Shown: positions 38,883 to 47,922 of the stretch, one piece after another | How the letters are laid out: every line of letters begins with the position of its first letter | Numbering within the stretch: position 1 is the stretch's first letter | Origin: an uncultured Gemmataceae bacterium | Lineage (GTDB): Bacteria > Planctomycetota > Planctomycetia > Gemmatales > Gemmataceae | DNA: 64,000 nt | Direction of reading: 5' to 3' | Assembly: GCA_963750165.1 (NCBI GenBank) | Contig: CAVVPN010000003.1 | Location: 3,200,001-3,264,000 of the forward strand | Program-made: the position numbers and the translations under genes | Notes under the pieces: generated by a model | What the model was told of the DNA's origin: nothing | The model's database searches: none | The model's input: only the letters and a program-made list of their open reading frames with translations

Positions 38883-38922
38883 CCGCGAGCGCCTCCGAGC
38901 CGCGCACGGAGCGTGCTCGCGG
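38883..38922 (+). terminator. Stem-loop downstream of protein 2
   Basis: ccgcgagc..ctccg / cggag..gctcgcgg inverted arms about 50 bp after the stop codon. No U-tract. Confidence 0.4.
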
Positions 38923-38927
38923 AGTAA

Positions 38928-38998
38928 GTGACTATATTGGCGTCGAGGGCCTTGAATTCACCGTAAGTCCTGATGGCCCTTGACGCCAATATAGTCAC
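38928..38998. repeat. 71-bp MITE/REP-like element with 24-bp inverted arms
   Basis: gtgactatattggcgtcgagggcc (38928-38951) versus ggcccttgacgccaatatagtcac (38975-38998): one mismatch, 23-nt spacer. Confidence 0.8.
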
Positions 38999-39203
38999 AA
39001 ACGTCTCCTACGGAGATACCAGGCGGGCTGGAACCCGGACGCCGTGATATGGATGCTCTGCGCCTTCGCCAACGACTTCGAGAACCTTTAGAATTGCCAG
39101 TACACCCACAGATGCCAGAAGTGCAGGCGCATGGTGGGGCGCGTCAGGAACTCACGGAAACCGCGGCCAGCATCAACCACCTAACGCGGGCGATTGCCCA
39201 AAT

Positions 39204-39390
39204 TCAATCCTCCAGGAGTCGCTTGAACTCTCGCCGCTGCGCCGGGGTCAACTTCTTCAACAATTGTTCCACCCCCACCTCGTCAACGACCCGCGGCAAC
39301 CCGAATTGCTCAACGACCCGCTTGAGGCCCAGTTGCTCGACGACCCAGGTCATGCCCATCAACTCGACGATCGGATTCAGGTCGATCGTT
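39204..39390 (-). pseudogene. Small ORF or C-terminal gene fragment with 9-aa helical repeats
   Basis: TIDLNPIVELMGMTWVVEQLGLKRVVEQFGLPRVVDEVGVEQLLKKLTPAQRREFKRLLED* is protein-like, but the sequence upstream of it in frame is not. Confidence 0.45.
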
Positions 39391-39486
39391 CGGTAGTGGC
39401 TCTCCACCGCTGGAGCGGTTCGCACGCGGATCGCGCACGCGGTGGGACGGCGGGCACAGCTTGACCAGCAGGGGCCTGCGCTGTCG

Positions 39487-39660
39487 CAGCAAGGGGGCCA
39501 AGGAGGCCAAGGGGGCCAACTTTTTCATACGTCGAGATGCGGCGCCCTGGCCCCGTTCGGCTGGCACGGCGCGACCACCACCGGCGGCGGTTGCCACAGC
39601 AAGGACGCCAAGAACGCCAAGAACGCCAACGTTTTCATACGTCGAGATGCGGCGCCTGGC
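39487..39660. repeat. Two direct copies (~65 bp, 110-bp period) of a 9-mer triplet plus conserved tail
   Basis: cagc(aagggggcc/aaggaggcc/aagggggcc)aactttttcatacgtcgagatgcggcgcc and cagc(aaggacgcc/aagaacgcc/aagaacgcc)aacgttttcatacgtcgagatgcggcgcc. Confidence 0.8.
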
Positions 39661-39833
39661 AGCGCCGGCCTGCCGTTTGTGGGCCACGCGACTGCGAACC
39701 GCGCTGGCCGCAGTAACTCAGCGAACACCGGGTGCCATTGCTTCTTCGCGGCCAACACCCACCTCCTTGCAGAACCGCCGTCAAAAATCGATATTACACC
39801 TGGGGCCGCCCCGATGCCACCCGAGTCCCCGCG

Positions 39834-41027
39834 ATGAGCATTTACGACGACCTCGGCCTGGAACCGATTATCAACGCCGCCGGCGCCGTGACCCGCCTGG
39901 GCGGCGCCCCGATGCCGGACGCGGTGCTGCAAGCGTTCTGCGCCGCGGCCCATGAATCGGTGCCGCTCGACGCGCTGCAGGGCGTCGCCGCGCGCGCCAT
40001 CGCCGCCGCTACCGGCGCCGAGGCCGGGCTGGTGACCGCCGGCGCCGCGGCCGCGCTGACGCTGGGCACCGCCGCCATCCTCACCGGCTACGACCTGGGA
40101 CGCATGGAACGGCTGCCGCACTGCGACGGCTTCGCGCACGAGTTCGTCGTCGCCCGGGAGCAGCGCAACGGCTACGACCATGCGGTGCGCGCCGCCGGGG
40201 CGCGGCTGGTCGAGATCGGCTTCAATGAAATCGCGGCCGGCGCCGGCGTTCGCCGCACGGAGGGCTGGGAGTACGCCGCTGCCTTCGGGCCGATGACCGC
40301 GGGCGTGCTGTACGTCCACGACCCCGAATCGCGGCCGCCGCTGGCCGAGGTGGTCGCCGTCGCCCACCGCCACCACCTGCCGGTGCTGGTGGACGCCGCC
40401 GGGGAACTGCCGCCGCGCGCGAATCTGCGCGACCTGCTGGCGAGCGGCGCCGACCTGGTATGCTTCAGCGGCGGCAAGGCGATCCGCGGGCCCCAGGCGA
40501 CCGGCATCCTGTGTGGCCGCCGTGATTTGATCGGGGCCGCGGCCGTGCAGATGCTCGACCTGGACGACCACTGGGAACTGTGGGAGCCGCCCGCGGACCT
40601 CATCGACAGGGGCCGGCTCCCAGGGCTGCCGCGCCACGGCATCGGCCGGGCCATGAAGGTGTCGAAGGAGCAAATCGTGGCGCTGCTGACGGCACTGCGG
40701 TTGTTCGCCGCCGGGGCGTACAGTGCGGAACTGCCGGCCCAGCGCCGCCGGCTCGAACAGCTGGCCGCCGACCTCGCCGGGCTGCCGGTGCAGTGCCGCG
40801 TCTGCGCTCCGGCGGACGGCGAGAGTCTGCCGCTTCTCCTCATCACCCTGGACCGGCCGGACGCGACGCTGGCGGTCTGCCGGCGACTGCGGCGCGGCCA
40901 ACCACCGGTCCACGTCGGTCACGGTCTGCTGCACCAGGGCAAATTGACGATCAACCCGCTGCACCTGAATGACGAGCGCACGGCCGCGTTGACCCTGCGC
41001 CTGCGGGAAGAGCTGGGAAGATTATGA
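39834..41027 (+). CDS. SelA-like / DgaE-family PLP-dependent enzyme
   Basis: MSIYDDLGLEPIINAAGAVTRLGG start, VLVDAAGE, PLP lysine motif FSGGKAIRGPQ, GIGRAMKVSKE. Lacks the N-terminal extension of true SelA. Confidence 0.8.
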   Translation: MSIYDDLGLEPIINAAGAVTRLGGAPMPDAVLQAFCAAAHESVPLDALQGVAARAIAAATGAEAGLVTAGAAAALTLGTAAILTGYDLGRMERLPHCDGFAHEFVVAREQRNGYDHAVRAAGARLVEIGFNEIAAGAGVRRTEGWEYAAAFGPMTAGVLYVHDPESRPPLAEVVAVAHRHHLPVLVDAAGELPPRANLRDLLASGADLVCFSGGKAIRGPQATGILCGRRDLIGAAAVQMLDLDDHWELWEPPADLIDRGRLPGLPRHGIGRAMKVSKEQIVALLTALRLFAAGAYSAELPAQRRRLEQLAADLAGLPVQCRVCAPADGESLPLLLITLDRPDATLAVCRRLRRGQPPVHVGHGLLHQGKLTINPLHLNDERTAALTLRLREELGRL

Positions 41028-41179
41028 GAAGCGGTGGCAAAGAAGCACCTGTCGCGGGGATTTTCTATGGCAGCCCGGCGGCCGACGGGTATACTAAATC
41101 ATCAGTCCCGCCCGGATTCCCGCAACCATTCCCGCCCGGACGACCTCTCACGTCTGCGCGGCCCCAACCTGGTGCGATC

Positions 41180-43428
41180 ATGCCAGCGCTGCCTGCACAC
41201 CCTCGGCCCTTGCTGCGTCTCACCCTGGTGACCCTGGCCGCCCTGGCGTGGTTCGCCCCGGCTGCGACCGTCCGCGCCGATGAGGTGAGCTTTCGCAACG
41301 AGGTCATGGCGGTGCTGTCGCGGGCCGGCTGCAATCAGGGAACCTGCCACGGCAACCTGAACGGCAAGAACGGCTTCAAACTGTCGCTGCGCGGCCAGGA
41401 TCCCGACTTCGACCTGGCCGTGCTGACGCGCCAATCGTTCGGCCGCCGCACCAACCCGCAGCGGCCCACCGAGAGTCTGCTGCTGCTCAAGGCCACCGCG
41501 ACCGTGCCGCATGAGGGCGGCAAACGCTTCGCCGTCGGCAGCCGTGAGTACAACCTCCTGCGCGCCTGGATCAGCGCCGGCCTGCATCCCGACGCGCCCG
41601 GCACGCCGACGCTGCAGCGGCTCGACGTGACGCCAACCGAGGCGGTGCTGGTGATGCCGGCGCGGCAGGTGGCCGTGCGGGCGAAAGCGCTGTTTTCCGA
41701 CGGCAGTCGTCGTGATGTGACCGGGCTGGCGGTGTTCGAGACCAGCAACCCGGACGTGGAGGTCGGCGGCGACGGCGTGGTGCGCGTCGAGAAGGCGGCG
41801 CAAACGACCGTGGTGGTGCGCTACCTTGACCAGCAGGTGAGCGTGCCACTGGCGTTCGTGCCGGCCCGGCCCGATTTCGTCTGGAGCAACCCACCCACGG
41901 TCAACTACATCGACCGGCACGTCTTCGCCCGCCTCAAGCAGCTGCGCATGAACCCGTCCGCGCTGGCGGCCGACGAGGTCTTCGTGCGCCGCGCCTACCT
42001 CGACGCCCTCGGCGTGCTGCCGACCGCCGCCGAGACGCGCGCCTTCCTCGCGGACAAACGGCCGGACAGGCGCGCCCGCCTCATCGACGCCCTGCTGGAG
42101 CGGCCGGAGTTCGCGGACCTGTGGGCGCTGCGCTGGTCGGACCTGCTGCGCAACGAGGAGAAACAGCTCGACCGCCGCGGCGTGAAACTGTTCCACCAGT
42201 GGATTCGCCAGAGCGTCGCCACCAACAAGCCGCTCAACGAGTTCGCCCGTGAGTTGATCGCCAGCCGCGGCAGCACCTACACGCGCCGGCCAGCAACTAC
42301 TACCGGGCCCTGCGCGACCCGCAGATTCGCGCCGAGGCGACGGCGCAGGTGTTCCTCGGCATCCGCATGCAGTGCGCCAAATGCCACAACCACCCGTTCA
42401 ACCAGTGGACGCAGACGGACTATCACCGGTTGGCGGCGTTCTTCCCGCGCGTGCAGTACAAGATTCTCGGCAACAACCGCCGGGACAAACTCGACAAGCA
42501 CGAGTTCGACGGCGAACAGGTCGTGTGGATGGACCGCGAGGGTGAGGTCAAGCACCCCGTCACCGGGGCGGTGCTGGCGCCGCGCTTCCTCGGCGCCGAC
42601 ACGCCGCCGTTGAAGGCTACGGACGACCGGCTATTGCTGCTGGCCGACTGGGTGGCGCGGCCGGACAACCCCTTCTTCGCCCGGACCCAGGCCAACCGTA
42701 TCTGGAGCTACCTGCTGGGCCGTGGCATTGTCGATCCGAACGACGACTTCCGCCTGTCGAACCCGCCCGTCAACGGCCCGCTGCTGGAGGCGCTGGCCCA
42801 GGACCTCGTCAAGCACAAGTTCGACCTGAAACATCTGGTGCGAACGATCATGAACTCGCGGACCTACCAGCTGTCGGCGGTGCCCAACGACACCAACCGC
42901 GACGATGAGGTGAATTTCAGCCGCGCTGCTGTGCGGTCGCTGCCTGCGGAGCAGCTGCTCGACGCGATCGCGCAGGTGACGGGCGTGCCGGCCCAGTTCG
43001 AGGGGTATCCGCCGGGCACGCGCGCCGGCCAACTGGCGGGGATGCGCATCGTGCGGCGCGGCGACGCCAGATCGACGGACGGCGAAAAATTCCTGAAACA
43101 GTTCGGCAAGCCCGAGCGTCTGCTAAACTGCGATTGCGAGCGCAACGACGACCCGACGCTGGGCCAGGCGCTGCAGATGATGACCGGGGCGCTGGTGAAC
43201 AAGGCGGTCAGTGCGAAGGACAACCGCGTCGGTAAGCTGCTGGCGGCGGGCAGGACGAACGCGGAGATTGTGGAGGAGTTGTACCTGGCGGCGTTCAGCC
43301 GGCGGCCGACGGCGGCGGAACGGGCGGGGTTGGTGGCGCGCGTGGAGCGGGCGGAGGATCGGCGGACGGCGCTGGAAGATTTGCTGTGGGCGCTGGTAAA
43401 CGCCAAGGAGTTTCAGGTGCGGCAGTGA
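41180..43428 (+). CDS. DUF1549/DUF1553 planctomycete protein with Ig-like domain (frameshift ~42283)
   Basis: Signal peptide, GCNQGTCHG, FVRRAYLDALGVLPT, FLGIRMQCAKCHNHPF, NRIWSYLLGRGIVDPNDD, EDLLWALVNAKEF. ORFs 41024..42613 and 42349..43428 are halves of one gene. Confidence 0.85.
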
Positions 43429-43478
43429 CCTGGCGGAATTGGCCCTGTTCGTTGACCGTGGCGGAGAAGGGACTCATC

Positions 43479-43775
43479 ATGTTACTCTTACTGGACATCT
43501 GGGGCATCCGTGGCCCGGCCTGCTTTGACCGCATCCGTAACCTCCTCCTGGCCACCCCCGGCGTGCTCGGTGCCCGCGTGTTCGCCGAGGCCAACCAGGC
43601 GGAAGTGCTCCTGGACGGCGGGCCGTCGGCGTCGCTGGAGTTGGTGGTAGAGCGATTGCGGGCCGCGGGGTATCCGGCGCAGGCCAGCCTGGTGCCCGAC
43701 CCGGACGAGAACCCGGTTTACGCCCGCTATTACCACGCGGCGTCCGACTCCTCGGACGCCCTCTGGGTGGACTGA
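43479..43775 (+). CDS. Small HMA-like (heavy-metal-associated fold) protein
   Basis: SD-like GGAGAAGG upstream. LDIWGIRGPACFDRIRNLLLATPGVLGARV...VVERLRAAGY follows the HMA beta-alpha-beta-beta-alpha-beta pattern with only one Cys. Confidence 0.6.
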   Translation: MLLLLDIWGIRGPACFDRIRNLLLATPGVLGARVFAEANQAEVLLDGGPSASLELVVERLRAAGYPAQASLVPDPDENPVYARYYHAASDSSDALWVD

Positions 43776-43805
43776 GTTTTGCGATACCGACGAACGGGAG
43801 TCACC

Positions 43806-44408
43806 ATGAAACGCAGCCTCCTGGCATTCGCTCTCGTCGCCCTGCTGCTGGCCATCGCCCCGGCCCCCGGCAGACCGTCCGGGGAGCAGAAGAAGGCCGC
43901 GACCGGGCCGCAGTACAACGACAAGGGCGAACTCCTGCGGCCCACGGGCTATCAGACCTGGGTGTTCGTCGGCTCCAACCTCGGCATCCAGTACGGCAAG
44001 GAAGTGATCGACAAGGAACGCGCCAACAGCAACCCCGGGACGTTTCACAACGTCTACATCAACCCGGAAGCGTATCAGACTTATGTGAAAACGGGCAAGT
44101 TCCCGGACAGGACGATCCTGGTGATGGAGGTCTACGAGGCGGTGGAACGCGGGCCGCAGAAGATCGTCTCCAAGGGGTTCTTCCCCGGCAAGCTCCTGAG
44201 TGTTGAGGCGGCGATCAAGAACAGCAAACGGCCGGACGGCGCGAACACCGACTGGGCCTATTACGACTTCGGCACCAAGCGCACGAGCGCGAAGGCGTTC
44301 GCGGACGGGGCCTGTTACCAATGCCACCGCAAGCACGCCAGCGACGATAACGTCTGGGTACAATTCTATCCCATCCTGGGCCAGCACAAGAAAACGCCCG
44401 CACCGTGA
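43806..44408 (+). CDS. Cytochrome P460 / cytochrome c'-beta family protein
   Basis: Signal peptide, GELLRPTGYQTWVFVGS, FHNVYINPEAY, GKFPDRTILVME, C-terminal heme motif CYQCH followed by VWVQFYPIL. Confidence 0.85.
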   Translation: MKRSLLAFALVALLLAIAPAPGRPSGEQKKAATGPQYNDKGELLRPTGYQTWVFVGSNLGIQYGKEVIDKERANSNPGTFHNVYINPEAYQTYVKTGKFPDRTILVMEVYEAVERGPQKIVSKGFFPGKLLSVEAAIKNSKRPDGANTDWAYYDFGTKRTSAKAFADGACYQCHRKHASDDNVWVQFYPILGQHKKTPAP

Positions 44409-44420
44409 ACGGCGGCGTGA

Positions 44421-45575
44421 TCAGCGTGTGGCCAGAATAACCGCACGGTTAAAGGTCTGCCAGGCGCGGCGGAGGACGCCAGAGTAATTGCCGACGACCG
44501 AAACGTTCTGGAACCCCAGGCGGCGCAGGATCAACTCGACGCAGGGCACGTTGAGCTGCCACCACACCCGACAGTGTTTGGAACTGCCGATGAAGCCCAT
44601 CATCGGAAACGGACCCGGCCCTCCCAGGAACGGCACTTCGACGGTCACCATGAGGGAGCCGCGGCACAACCCCGCCAGCACGTCCAGCGCCTTCAACGGG
44701 GAGAACAGGTGGACGAGGATGTCGCCGGCGTAGATGAAATCGAACTGGGTCTCGCCCAGGGGGGTCTTCCCCAGGTCGTAAATGGTGGAATAGCAGCGCT
44801 GCACCCGGGACTTCAGGATGGAGTGGCAGAACTGGAACGGCCCGTCCAGGTGGTTTTGGTAAGCCAGTCTCCGGGTGTCGGCCCCGGAAGCTGCAACCAG
44901 ATCCTTTAAGTGTCGTTCCCGGTCGCACGTGAGCATGTCCCAGTCTTCGAGCGAGGGTAGCTCGACGGAGGTGACCTCGGCCCCACGCCGCTCGAACTCG
45001 AACGCGAAAAAGCCGGTCGCCGAGCCCACGTCCAGGGCGCGCAGCCCCTTCATGTCGGCCGGGAAGCTGAACGCGGCGATCTGGTCGCGAAAGTCGTAGT
45101 CACCCGGGGTGATCAGCCCGTTGCCCAGGTCAATCGTGTGGTACCAGTAATAGTCGTCAAAACCCTTGGGGTTGGGGCCCCGCGTCCGTTCACGAAAGGC
45201 CTGGACCTGCTGTCCGTACACGATTTTCTGCGCCTCAAGTTGGCGCTGCCGCTCCTGCTCGGCCTTCTGGGCGGCCTGCGCCTGGAGGGCGGCTTGCGTT
45301 TCCGCCCGGCGGGCCTCCTCCAACCGCTGCGCGTCCGCCCGGCGGATCTCCTCCAACTGCTGCGCGTCGATCCGGCGGGTCTCCGCCAACCACAATTCGT
45401 CCGACCGGCGGAGTTCGGACACCTGGCGATGCACTTCCTGGGCCATGGCCGCTCGCCGTTGCTCCACCCCGAAGGGGTCGCTGACCCGGCGTTGGATTTT
45501 CCTGGAAACCCGGCGCACCAGGCTCCCCAGGCCTTCATCCGCGACCACGCGCATTGCTCGCTGCAATGAACTCAT
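44421..45575 (-). CDS. Class I SAM-dependent methyltransferase (DUF1698/CmoB-like) with N-terminal coiled coil
   Basis: WYHTIDLGNGLITPG and ALDVGSATGFFAFEFERRGA motif I. The N-terminus has repeated 11-aa helical segments. Confidence 0.75.
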   Translation of the reverse strand: MSSLQRAMRVVADEGLGSLVRRVSRKIQRRVSDPFGVEQRRAAMAQEVHRQVSELRRSDELWLAETRRIDAQQLEEIRRADAQRLEEARRAETQAALQAQAAQKAEQERQRQLEAQKIVYGQQVQAFRERTRGPNPKGFDDYYWYHTIDLGNGLITPGDYDFRDQIAAFSFPADMKGLRALDVGSATGFFAFEFERRGAEVTSVELPSLEDWDMLTCDRERHLKDLVAASGADTRRLAYQNHLDGPFQFCHSILKSRVQRCYSTIYDLGKTPLGETQFDFIYAGDILVHLFSPLKALDVLAGLCRGSLMVTVEVPFLGGPGPFPMMGFIGSSKHCRVWWQLNVPCVELILRRLGFQNVSVVGNYSGVLRRAWQTFNRAVILATR

Positions 45576-45770
45576 CCTGAATTCCTGGTACTCGGTTGGA
45601 GGACTCCCTTCCCCTGGCTTTAATCCGTGAGCCAGTCAATCTGGCGAGCAAGGGAATGTGTTAGCCATCGCCCCCCAACGATCCCAACTTGAGTACAGCC
45701 CGGAATCGTTGGAGGGGCCGATGATTATCACATTCCCTGAGCTGAGTACAGGGCAAAACGCGCCGCGGCC

Positions 45771-46030
45771 CAGGGCGACTGAAAGGTTGATCTTGAGTCA
45801 ATCGGGCAGAATGTGCATGAGGGGACAAGTCCATGTCCCGGAGGATGCCCTATGCCCCTGTTTGCTCCTGGCAGCCTGTTCGCCGCGCTGGCCGACCTGC
45901 CCGACTCCCGCAGCCCCCACGGCCGGCGCTTTACCCTCAGCTCCGTGCTCGCCTCCGCTTGCGCCTCATCCCCGTCACGCCCGAGCAACTCCGCCTCTCG
46001 CCCCTGGACGGCAAGACCCTGTGTGGCAGC
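45771..46030 (+). mobile_element. Internally deleted ISAs1-family transposase remnant
   Basis: CAGGG end motif at 45771. ATG at 45852 gives SLFAALADLPDSRSPHGRRFTLSSVL (ISAs1 N-terminal DPR..GRR.L motif). In another frame, PLDGKTLCGS (first catalytic-Asp motif) follows much too soon. Confidence 0.65.
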
Positions 46031-46060
46031 GATGACCGCCGCGACATCGCGTCGGCAGTG

Positions 46061-46096
46061 CTTCGTGGGACGGCTCTCCAGAGCCGTCCCACGAAG
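46061..46096. repeat. Perfect 17-bp palindrome, REP-like
   Basis: cttcgtgggacggctct-cc-agagccgtcccacgaag. Confidence 0.85.
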
Positions 46097-46257
46097 ATAA
46101 TTCGCTGCTCCTGCAACTACGGAGTTGCACCCCCTGGCGTGGTCCATTGATTCCGGATATACTGGGGATTAATGGGCGGCATCCTTGGCCGTCCGACGCG
46201 TTGCCCTCACCCCCGGCAGACACCCCTAAAACAAGGCAGCGGTCGGAGGAAGACTCC

Positions 46258-47657
46258 ATGAACTGGTCGGGAACATGTGCGAACGGACGGGCGGCCCTGT
46301 CGGGCCTGACGCGGCGCCAGGCGCTGCAGGTCGGCGGCCTCGGTCTCCTCGGGCTGAGTCTGCCAAACTTCCTCCGCGTGCAGGCCCAGCAGTCGGGCCG
46401 CCGTGCCCGCGCGAAGTCCGTCATCTTCCTGCACCAGTACGGCGGCCCCAGTCAGCTCGACAGCTTTGACATGAAACCGGACGCCCCGGCCGCCATCCGC
46501 GGCGACTACCGGCCCATCGCCACCCGCGCCCCGGCATTCAGATTTGCGACCGCTTGCCGGCCATGGCGCCGCACATGGATAAAGTCACGCTGATCCGTAG
46601 CCTGTGGCACGGTATGCGCAACCACAACTCGGCGGGCTATTACAGCCTGACCGGCCACGCCCCGGCCATCGACGACCAGCGCCTGCGCGACTCGCGCGAG
46701 CTGTTCCCCGCTTACGGCTCCGTCGTGGACCGCTTCGCGCCGTGCCCGGCCGGCGTGCCAACCTTCGTGTCCTACCCGCACGTCATCCGCGATGGCTCCA
46801 TCACGCCCGGCCAGCACGCCAGCTTCCTCGGCCAGGCTCATGACCCGTTCTTCATCAACCAGGATCCCAACAGTCCAGAATTCCGCCTGCCCGAACTCAG
46901 TCTGCCCGGAAACGTCACGCCGGCGCGGCTGGGCAATCGTGAGGAGATGCTCAGCCTGGTCGAAGGGCAGTCGCGGCTGCTCGACTACTCGGCGCAGGCG
47001 CGCGGCATTGACACCTTCCACCAGCGGGCGATCGCGCTGCTGACCTCGACGGCGGTGCGGCGGGCGTTCGATCTGTCGAGCGAACCGGCGGCGGTGCGCG
47101 ACCGCTATGGCCGCACCACCTATGGTCAGGGCTGCCTGCTGGCCCGGCGGCTGGTTGAGGCCGGCGTCAAGTTCGTGACGGTCTACTTCGCGGCCAGCAT
47201 CGGCGGTCAGAGCTTCACGTCCGGCGGCTGGGACACACACGGCTTCAACAACAACCCGATGTACCCGGTGCTGAACAACTACCTGATGCCGATCACCAAC
47301 CAGACGCTGCCGGCGCTGCTGACCGACCTGCAGGAGCGCGGCCTGCTGCGCGACACCCTCGTCGTCTGGGTCGGCGAGTTCGGCCGGTCGCCGCGCATCA
47401 ACAACATGGCCGGCCGCGATCACTGGCCGCAGTGCTACACGGCGCTGCTGGCCGGCGGCGGCGTCAAGGGCGGCCATGTCCACGGCGCCTCCGACCGCAT
47501 CGGCGCTTTCCCGGCGCGCGACCCGGTGCGACCGGACGACCTGTCCGCGACATTGTTCCACCTGCTTGGCATCGACCCGCGCACGGAGGTGCGCGACGCC
47601 TTGCAACGACCGCTGCCGATCAGCTCCGGCTCGGTCATCGAGGGCATCCTGGCGTAG
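46258..47657 (+). CDS. DUF1501 family protein (frameshift ~46530)
   Basis: Tat-like TRRQALQVGGLG, GGPSQLDSFDMKP, YGQGCLLARRLVEAGVKFVTV, WDTH, GEFGRSPRIN...GRDHW. Confidence 0.88.
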
Positions 47658-47693
47658 CGGTGCCCCGGTCTCGCTTGGAACTGCCGGAACGAT

Positions 47694-47749
47694 GGAGCCC
47701 CGTTGACGTTTCGCGTGGCCCACCCCGCGCGAACCATCAACGGGGCTCC
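47694..47749. repeat. Hairpin (REP-like or terminator) after the DUF1501 gene
   Basis: ggagccccgttga / tcaacggggctcc 13-bp arms with an inner ttcgcg/cgcgaa stem. Confidence 0.6.
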
Positions 47750-47922
47750 GGCTTTCGTGGTCCGCTTACCGAAATTCTATTATCTATCCAAATTGCCTTA
47801 TTGCCAGGCGAGCGCCAGAGTCCCCATAATGAATCTATTGGTTCAATGGTGAACGCCGGCGGCGCCCGGAGGGCGTTCGGCGGTCAGAACCTTCCCCCCC
47901 CAGTGCGCCCAGGTAAGTCATT

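Noticed and set aside
39834..41027. True selA (selenocysteine synthase)
   Set aside because: It lacks the N-terminal tRNA-binding domain, and no selB, selC or selD is nearby.
46112..46129. Short palindrome tgcaact-acgg-agttgca upstream of DUF1501
   Set aside because: 7-bp arms in a single instance are too weak to call a binding site.
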